DNA of 64,000 bases. Origin: Candidatus Woesearchaeota archaeon (GTDB lineage Archaea; Nanobdellota; Nanobdellia; Woesearchaeales; JABIAG01). The notes beneath the pieces are model-generated. The model ran no database searches, had not been told where the DNA came from, and saw nothing but the letters and a program-made list of their open reading frames with translations. Positions 56,816 to 64,000 of the stretch are shown here, one piece after another; within the stretch, counting starts at the first letter, position 1, and each line of letters starts with the position of its first letter. The stretch is from positions 1-64,000 of the forward strand of contig JABIAG010000003.1 in NCBI GenBank assembly GCA_018653365.1, given 5' to 3'. The position numbers were made by a program, and so were the translations under genes.

Positions 56816-58170
56816 AAAAGTTCTTTTATTCTTGTTAGGAATCCTGAAAAGTATGCAATTATTAAAAATATTATTATTGCCAGCCCTCCAACTGAATAAT
56901 CGAAATGATAAATTGCTAGATTCCAAAGCCATACTGCGTTTGTTATGATCCAGCTCCAAATCTGGTTAAACATGCTGAACGTAATTATCTGTGTATATGC
57001 TGCATAGTACAGTGTTGCAATAATTACTGCAATACTTAGAGTAATTGTTAGTATCTCTTTGTACTCTTTTATTTCATACCATTCTTTGTATAATAATACT
57101 ATTAAACTAATTATCAGTATGCCTAAAATTGTGTGTGCAGGGTATTGTAAGACTAAATTGTATAGGTAAACTGTGTTGGCTGTTACAAACCCACTTGCTT
57201 TTGCAAATGCAAGCTCTATTTTAGCAAGTGTTAATAATTTGGTATAAAACACACATGCTAGTATAATTATTGCTGCTGTTATTTCAGCTATTTTCAAAAC
57301 CTTTTTTTTATTTATTTCACGTTTTTTGTAGGGTTTTTTGAGTATATGGTGGTGTACTGTTCTTCTTAATAAGTGAACATGCATTCCGATTAACATTGTT
57401 ACTGATAGGGTAGTTACTGCAAGAATAATTAATGCTAACCAGTATAAATTATCCTTGTTGCTATTGAATTGTTCTCTCTGTTTATCGTTTTCAGTACTAA
57501 ACATTAGGCTTGATGTTCCGATTGAATCGCCGTGTTTTATTATGATTCCAAATACGTATTGTCCACTTTCGATACTTTTTGGAAGATGAATTGTTTTTGT
57601 AAAAGTTTCTTTTTTGTTAACTGCTATATTCGAACTTTCTGTTAGGATTGTATTGCCTTTGAAGTCTTTTATTACATATTCGATATCAACATTGGTCAAT
57701 CCGACATCTCTTAAATCAAATAATGTTAATTCAACATTTAAATTTCCTCCTGCCTTGATCTCTTGGTTTAGTTGGAGGGTTGTACTTGCATCAAATAATA
57801 CTTTTTGTGTTTCTATTTCTACTATTAGTGGAATATTTTTTACTTGACTTTTGCTTTTGGCTAAAAAGTTTCCTACAAATATTCCTTTTTGATTTGTTGA
57901 ACCAATTGTTAGCACAACATTTTTGGTTTGCCTAGGTGTTAAAGCGAATTTGTTTTCTTGTATGTTGATTATTTCTGATAAGTGTTCTGGATAGACTTCT
58001 AAGTTTTGTTCTTTATTTGAAATGCTGGTTAATTTTACTATTCGTTCTTCTGGTTGGTCTTTTAGTAATACTTTGATTAGTATATTGTCTGTTTTAAACG
58101 ATTCTGCTGCTAATACACTAGTAGCAAAGAGGGTTATCATTAGAATGAATATTAGTATTTTTGCATTCAT
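56812..58170 (-). CDS. Membrane protein: signal peptide, two Ig-like domains, multi-TM C-terminus
   Basis: The Ig pair resembles the C-terminal part of the giant protein (KVLFD motif in both); about five TM helices. Confidence 0.7.
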   Translation of the reverse strand: MNAKILIFILMITLFATSVLAAESFKTDNILIKVLLKDQPEERIVKLTSISNKEQNLEVYPEHLSEIINIQENKFALTPRQTKNVVLTIGSTNQKGIFVGNFLAKSKSQVKNIPLIVEIETQKVLFDASTTLQLNQEIKAGGNLNVELTLFDLRDVGLTNVDIEYVIKDFKGNTILTESSNIAVNKKETFTKTIHLPKSIESGQYVFGIIIKHGDSIGTSSLMFSTENDKQREQFNSNKDNLYWLALIILAVTTLSVTMLIGMHVHLLRRTVHHHILKKPYKKREINKKKVLKIAEITAAIIILACVFYTKLLTLAKIELAFAKASGFVTANTVYLYNLVLQYPAHTILGILIISLIVLLYKEWYEIKEYKEILTITLSIAVIIATLYYAAYTQIITFSMFNQIWSWIITNAVWLWNLAIYHFDYSVGGLAIIIFLIIAYFSGFLTRIKELF

Positions 58171-58352
58171 TGTTTTCCCTCTTTTTTTGGTAACTCAACG
58201 TTTTGATGTATCCACATGACTAAAATATTTCTTATTACTGATGCTGAAGAATTTCCATATACGCCTTGTAGGCCTTCTATAATAGCTAATTGTTCTTTAT
58301 TTAGAGATGTTGGTATCTTAACAGTATCCTTTTGGTTACCTTTTGAAGCCAT
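58167..58352 (-). CDS. Small CopG/RHH-like protein
   Basis: VKIPTSL strand, helix, then GNSSASVIRNIL helix; own TATA box upstream; ATGA overlap with the next gene. Confidence 0.6.
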   Translation of the reverse strand: MASKGNQKDTVKIPTSLNKEQLAIIEGLQGVYGNSSASVIRNILVMWIHQNVELPKKEGKQ

Positions 58353-58387
58353 TATGGAGTATCTATAGAAACTTTACTTTATAAATA

Positions 58388-61300
58388 TTATTCTTTTTTC
58401 CAGGTTTTTACTGTTCTAACGATTAAGAATAAAACTAAACTAAGAACTACTAACACTCCGATCAATTTTGAATCAATTTTTGTGTAACTTTCTTTATTCA
58501 ACAACCCGGCCATTCCTGCTGTCAGTTCTTTCCCTCCTTTAACTTTGAACATGTTGCCTGCTACTGCTACTGCTCCTTCATAGTCTGCTTGAACAGTTGC
58601 TATGTAATTTCCAGTTATTAAATTATTTGTTGAGAATTTTTTTACAAAACTTAATTCTTTGTCTACTGCCAGGGTTTCATAAGATTTCCAAACAGTGTTG
58701 TCGTCCATATCTTTAATTGTGTAAGTTATTACAACATCAACCTTTTTTGGTTTTCCCATGCTTAACAAGGTTATTTGTGTTTTTAGATCTTTTCCAGAAT
58801 CTAGTTCTTTTCTTTCTGCATCCATCTTAACATCAAATAATACTTTTTCAGTTGCAACTTTCATTACTATTGGGATGGATTTCATTATTCCCTGTGTTTC
58901 AATTAGTACGTTTCCTGTATGCACTCCTGTTTCTTTTGCTATAAAGTCTAATGTGATAGTTTCTGCTTTTCCTGGATCCAGGGTTATGCTGTTTGTTGAG
59001 CTGTGTACATTTTTTAATCCTCTGATGTCTATGCTAAGTTTTAAGACTGTATCACCTGTATTGATTATTGTTAATTCTTCTGTTTCTCCCTCTCCTTCGA
59101 TTAGATTTACTGAGATTTTACTTCGTGTTGTCTCAATCTCTTTTCTTATCTCTTTTACGTATCCAATTGGTTCTTCTAGCGTTTCAATTGATCCATCTCC
59201 GCCGCCTCCTCCTCCACCGCCTGCAGTGTTTATGATTGGGTTAACGGTATCAACACTAGTATCAATAGTTACTGTTCTTAATTCAGTAATATTCTCATTT
59301 CCTGCATCATCTTTTGCACTGGCAGAATATGTGTAATTTCCATCTGGTAGTCCGTCTGTTGCATTCAAACTTTGATTCACATACAAGTACCATTGCGTTT
59401 CATTAAACTTATTTAAGTTTGAAGCATATTGTTGGTAAACTTCTGAAGCTGAAAGAGAACGATTCCAAACTCTAACTTCATCGATTAATCCATTAACAGC
59501 ATATTGGCCACTAACAATATTAAGATCGCCAATATAAAACTCTCGTGTGCTTGTTCCAGCAGTCCAAGAATAAGTAAATGTATCTTTTGCAATGCTATCA
59601 ACATAATAAGTTGCCGTAGTCCCATCTCCGGTAAGAGTCAGCATATGCCAGTCCCCTGCACTTATTCCATGAACTCCGGGATTCCCATTTCCATTCCCTT
59701 CATAAGTATCTCCAAATCCATAAAATGTATTTCCGGTTCCATCAATTCCAATATAAAATCTCCTGTTATTTCCATCATGATGACCTACCAACTGATCTAT
59801 TGGTGAAACAACATCATATTTGACCCAGTATATGATTGTACCAACATTAGTACTGTGGTTATATCCTGTAGAAAAATAGTCTCCTCCATCAAAACTATAT
59901 GCTTGATCATATTTTCCACTCGAGCTCCAACTAGGACAACTATCCCCACTACAACTCCCATCATTCCCCTTCCCACTCATATCAACAACATAAGTATCAT
60001 TCTCACCTAAAGCTGAACGATTATCAAAGTTCATCATTAACACAAGACTATCATTAAACATTGTAAAATTAGTTCCATTCCAATTATATTTAACCTCATC
60101 CAAATTAAATTCACTAATTGAAACATTTATTTCAACAGAAGTATTAGTCGGTGAGCTTTCATTATCAAGTGTTGGGCTGACATAACTTATGGTTGGGAAA
60201 TAATCTGATAATTCAATATTTATCTGCAGGTTTGTTGATATGTTGATGCTTGAATTAGAATAGCTGCTTAAACCAGTTAGAGTTGCATTCAAACTATGGG
60301 GGGTATAATTATAAGTTCCTGTCTTGTTTTGTGTATACTCCTTAACGGTCTGTCTTACTATATTTCCCGTAACATCTGTTAAGACAGAAAACTTCTCATT
60401 ATTATTAACATCATCTACACTTACATTTACTCCTTGTTTGTTATTCCCTAAGGTATCATTCACATAAACGTCTAAGTACCATGAAACATTCAAATCCAGA
60501 ACATCATTAATGGAAGTTTCAGTTTCATCAAATGTGACATTTATGAAATTCAGCCAGGAACCTGCATCCGTGTCTGTACCAGTATAAATATCTAAATGAT
60601 TTGTACAGTTTAATACTGTATTTATGAATGTTGCAGTTATTACATCCTTATTTGCCTGCAGGGCATAATTTGTTCCACCATCTTTTGTTATTGTGAATGT
60701 TGAATCTGATATTGTATTGTTAAGTGAATCGTCATATAGATAAATTCCCTTCAGGGCATATCCATAAAGATTAACTGATGCATTTGATATGACGTTATTT
60801 GAGCTTAAATAGAGATAAATCCCATTTGTTCCTGAATCATATTCAGTATCACTTATATTGATTATTGTTGAAGTTATTACATTATTATTGGATCCTCTTA
60901 AGTAAACTCCGTGTGTATTGTAACCTGCCCCCTGGCCTGAAGAAAGATTATTGCCTGTTAGATTGTTGTTTGGGCTGTCATAGAGATAAATTCCTATAGC
61001 AGAAGTTCCGTTATACTCAATATTGTTATGTTCTAAAATGTTATTTGAACTGGTATCAAGGAATGTACCATGTCCATATGTTGAATCTGTGATGATTCTG
61101 TTTGAACTGAGGTTATTATTATTTGAATTCGGATATAACCAAATTCCATAACCTGTAGATGAATTTATGAAATTATTGTTGATTGTTGAATTTGTTGTGT
61201 GAAATAAACTTATCCCGTCATCTGTAATATTTGAATTCTGAACTGTAATATTATTACTCCAGGCAAATATGATTTGTCCATACTGAGCTAAATTAATTCC

Positions 61301-64000
61301 ATCATAAACTAAATTGTTATAATTAAATGAATAATTTACTGGTTTTCCTTCTGCAGTATTTGAAGAGTCAATTGAATGGTTAAAATGATCAATAATTGTT
61401 CCATCAATAACATAACTATTTGCTGCAGATGAATTAGCATTGTTGTCAGTTAAGGTATTGTTTAAAGTTGACAAGAGATAGATTGAAGATCCCAAGCTTG
61501 AAACTTTGTTTGAAATTATATTGTTATTGTTTGAGGTAACATAAATGCCATAGCTAATTCTAAAAGCGGTTATTGTGTTGTTAGATAGGGTATTGCCTGG
61601 TGATGCAAGATAAATTCCATGAGATGGATTTTGTGTGGCTGAAGCTGAAATTGTATTATTATTTATTGTATTGGAGATTGAATCTGATAATAAATAAACT
61701 CCATAAGCATTTCTTGCATTTATTGTTATTAAATTATTGTCAACCAAATTATTAGCTGATGATGTAAGATAGATTCCATGAGCTAGCTGATAATTAATTA
61801 GTGTTGTGATGTTGTTGTTAGAGATGGTTGTGTTTGAAGATGATGCTAGTGAGATCCCATAACCCAAACTCCCTAAGGTTGTTATGGTGTTGTTCTCAAT
61901 TGTCCAGTCTGAAGAGGAGGATAAGGAGATTCCATAACCATTCATCCCTGTGGTTGTTATTGTATTATTTTCAATTGTTCCATTGTTCCCACCCTCGGAA
62001 TAAATTGCGTATTTGTACCTTGTAGTATCGATTCCTTCTTTAATCACACAATTCTTTATGGTGGTAAAATTATATGCTCCGGAATTATTGATACCATACC
62101 CCAAAGTTCCAGCATAACTATAATTGATTTCATAGCCAACACAGTCCAAAGTTATGTTGTTGGCAGCAATTGTAAAACAGGTTCCTGTGTTGTTAACGGA
62201 TGCATTTAGGTTATAAATTGCATTTGAGATGTTAAGTTCACCACATTGACCAACATATTGGATGGCACTTTCGTCAACTGCATCTACTGTTAGAGTTCTT
62301 AGTTCAGTTTCATTTACATTTCCACTTAAATCCTGTGAGTATGCTTTGAATGTGTGATCTCCTTCTGCTAAACCAGTATAATTAGCTTCAACATATTTTG
62401 AAGTGGTATTTGCATATAATCCAAGAACTTCATCTGCGCTTAATGAACGATTAAAGATCATTACGTCGTCAATATATCCTTTCCAGAATTTTTCAGTTCC
62501 ATCATCCCTTGCCCCGATATAAACATTTTCATCAGGTCTATCAAAAATATCTCCACTAAAAGTTCCAGAATTATCTTCTCCTCCATCAACATATATTGTC
62601 TGAGTTGTACCATTATAAACTGCAACAACATGGTGCCATTTGTTGTCATCAACAGTTGTTGTTCCTTGAACTGCACCCGTACTTGAACCATCTTCTAAAA
62701 CAAATCTTGGCTGATAAACTGCATTAGCATTAGCATCATAAATTGCTAGATACCATCCTCTATTGGTCTCAGCAGCATCAGTATCATATCTTGACACAAT
62801 AGCATTCAGACCACTATTAGAAGTAATCGCAGGTCTCTTAATCCAAGTACTTATTGTCACTTCTTCGCTAAAATTAAGACTAGAATCTTGTCCAACATTC
62901 ACGTAATCTCCAGTTCCATCAAAATATGTCGCATGCCCTAGTTTTCCAGATGCATTTATCAATGCATTTCCAATAAGTGAACCATTATTCCTTCCAGTGT
63001 AGTCTGTTGGGTCTCCTGAAGCGTTTACATCGTCCATTCTCCACCAACTAACAAGCGAATTATCAAAATCAATAAAAGTAGAAATATTACTTGTCTCATC
63101 AGCTGAACTTACATTAACATAAATCGAATCAACTGAAATCTCAGTAGCATTATCTTCTGTTGGTTCTTCAAAACTAATATTCGGCGCCGTTGTATCTGGT
63201 GTTTCCGCCGCTTCAATAGTCAAACTCCTAACCTCAGTCAAATTCTCATTCCCAGCAGAATCCTTAGCCGAAGCAAAATAAGTATAATCCCCAACAGACA
63301 AACCATCAGTTGCATTCAATGATTGATTAACATAAAGATACCATTGTGTAGAATTAAACTTATTTAAATTTGAAACATATTGTTGATAGACTTCATCTGC
63401 TGTTAATGAACGATTCCAGATACGGACTTCGTCTATATTTCCAATAATATGGGTTGCTCCACCAGTAGCATGTCCCCCAATCCAAAGGTCTCTTGTTCCC
63501 CAATTAGGAGTTGTTGGAAAAGAAGTAGAACCTATTGATGCCCCATTAACAAAAAGCTCACCATCTGTTCCATTATACTGAGCAACAATATTATACCAAT
63601 TTCCTGCAACCATCCCATGTGCCTTTGTATTAAACATATAACCCGCTCCCGTACCAACATAAAACTCTAAATTATTTGCACTAGCGTCATCTATTCTTAA
63701 TGTATAGCCTACATTAGACAATGTTTTACCAAAATAAACATCTCCTGCAGGTAATGTTTTTGGCTTAACCCATAAAGAAGTACTCATAGACTCACTAAAC
63801 ACAAAATCAGAATCATGGGCAACAATTATTGCATCTCCAACCCCATCATAAGTAAAACAATTCCCATATTTACAATTAGTAACATTAACAACTGGATTTC
63901 CAGTCAATGCCCCATTATTCCCATTCCCACTCATATCAACAACATGCGTATCATTCTCACCCAACGCACTAACATTATCAAAATTCATCATCAAAACTAA
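58388..64000 (-). CDS. Giant surface glycoprotein, 5' end outside the window (>1870 aa): three LamG modules, right-handed beta-helix (NosD/pectin-lyase-like), poly-Gly linker, Ig pair, C-terminal TM anchor
   Basis: Repeated IDEVRIWNRSL motifs; GIYL...NNxI beta-helix repeats; AGGGGGGGG linker; LIGVLVVLSLVLFLIV anchor. Confidence 0.9.
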   Translation of the reverse strand, partial: LVLMMNFDNVSALGENDTHVVDMSGNGNNGALTGNPVVNVTNCKYGNCFTYDGVGDAIIVAHDSDFVFSESMSTSLWVKPKTLPAGDVYFGKTLSNVGYTLRIDDASANNLEFYVGTGAGYMFNTKAHGMVAGNWYNIVAQYNGTDGELFVNGASIGSTSFPTTPNWGTRDLWIGGHATGGATHIIGNIDEVRIWNRSLTADEVYQQYVSNLNKFNSTQWYLYVNQSLNATDGLSVGDYTYFASAKDSAGNENLTEVRSLTIEAAETPDTTAPNISFEEPTEDNATEISVDSIYVNVSSADETSNISTFIDFDNSLVSWWRMDDVNASGDPTDYTGRNNGSLIGNALINASGKLGHATYFDGTGDYVNVGQDSSLNFSEEVTISTWIKRPAITSNSGLNAIVSRYDTDAAETNRGWYLAIYDANANAVYQPRFVLEDGSSTGAVQGTTTVDDNKWHHVVAVYNGTTQTIYVDGGEDNSGTFSGDIFDRPDENVYIGARDDGTEKFWKGYIDDVMIFNRSLSADEVLGLYANTTSKYVEANYTGLAEGDHTFKAYSQDLSGNVNETELRTLTVDAVDESAIQYVGQCGELNISNAIYNLNASVNNTGTCFTIAANNITLDCVGYEINYSYAGTLGYGINNSGAYNFTTIKNCVIKEGIDTTRYKYAIYSEGGNNGTIENNTITTTGMNGYGISLSSSSDWTIENNTITTLGSLGYGISLASSSNTTISNNNITTLINYQLAHGIYLTSSANNLVDNNLITINARNAYGVYLLSDSISNTINNNTISASATQNPSHGIYLASPGNTLSNNTITAFRISYGIYVTSNNNNIISNKVSSLGSSIYLLSTLNNTLTDNNANSSAANSYVIDGTIIDHFNHSIDSSNTAEGKPVNYSFNYNNLVYDGINLAQYGQIIFAWSNNITVQNSNITDDGISLFHTTNSTINNNFINSSTGYGIWLYPNSNNNNLSSNRIITDSTYGHGTFLDTSSNNILEHNNIEYNGTSAIGIYLYDSPNNNLTGNNLSSGQGAGYNTHGVYLRGSNNNVITSTIINISDTEYDSGTNGIYLYLSSNNVISNASVNLYGYALKGIYLYDDSLNNTISDSTFTITKDGGTNYALQANKDVITATFINTVLNCTNHLDIYTGTDTDAGSWLNFINVTFDETETSINDVLDLNVSWYLDVYVNDTLGNNKQGVNVSVDDVNNNEKFSVLTDVTGNIVRQTVKEYTQNKTGTYNYTPHSLNATLTGLSSYSNSSINISTNLQINIELSDYFPTISYVSPTLDNESSPTNTSVEINVSISEFNLDEVKYNWNGTNFTMFNDSLVLMMNFDNRSALGENDTYVVDMSGKGNDGSCSGDSCPSWSSSGKYDQAYSFDGGDYFSTGYNHSTNVGTIIYWVKYDVVSPIDQLVGHHDGNNRRFYIGIDGTGNTFYGFGDTYEGNGNGNPGVHGISAGDWHMLTLTGDGTTATYYVDSIAKDTFTYSWTAGTSTREFYIGDLNIVSGQYAVNGLIDEVRVWNRSLSASEVYQQYASNLNKFNETQWYLYVNQSLNATDGLPDGNYTYSASAKDDAGNENITELRTVTIDTSVDTVNPIINTAGGGGGGGGDGSIETLEEPIGYVKEIRKEIETTRSKISVNLIEGEGETEELTIINTGDTVLKLSIDIRGLKNVHSSTNSITLDPGKAETITLDFIAKETGVHTGNVLIETQGIMKSIPIVMKVATEKVLFDVKMDAERKELDSGKDLKTQITLLSMGKPKKVDVVITYTIKDMDDNTVWKSYETLAVDKELSFVKKFSTNNLITGNYIATVQADYEGAVAVAGNMFKVKGGKELTAGMAGLLNKESYTKIDSKLIGVLVVLSLVLFLIVRTVKTWKKE

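Noticed and set aside
1-64000. Stop-codon reassignment, inteins or programmed frameshifts
   Set aside because: Conserved genes translate to expected lengths with the standard code; no intein-sized insertion in RFC or Hef, and no split core genes.

Overview
AT-rich archaeal chromosomal segment, most consistent with a DPANN lineage (Woesearchaeales/Pacearchaeales-like). Support: archaeal-type ribosomal proteins, a single-chain fused PriS-PriL primase, TFE, PCNA, RFC, PAN, Hef, Pelota, aIF2-alpha/Nop10, and many leaderless genes. The core is housekeeping: the complete rpl3-to-secY ribosomal superoperon followed by DUF106, rpl34e and rpl14e (without the adk and cmk usually found there), pheST, and replication, transcription, RNA-processing and protease genes. 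Each window end holds a truncated giant modular surface glycoprotein gene next to small ribbon-helix-helix (RHH) genes. Most notable: (1) an unannotated 20-codon Phe-rich ORF (MKHLNQFAVSFGLDSAFFFF) inside a nested RNA structure directly upstream of pheS, a candidate ribosome-dependent attenuator in an archaeon; (2) a five-gene envelope cluster with a pilin-like first gene and four paralogous Cys-containing proteins; (3) small hairpin elements flanked by duplicated gene ends; (4) a fixed-scaffold, variable-passenger design in the giant surface protein, with two ALK/LTK-like glycine-rich domains; (5) near-identical palindrome-bearing DNA in the charged tails of uL22 and uL24; (6) a structured leader upstream of rpl3. 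No rRNA, tRNA, CRISPR array, transposase or integrase was recognised. All calls come from reading the sequence by eye; no searches or folding programs were run.
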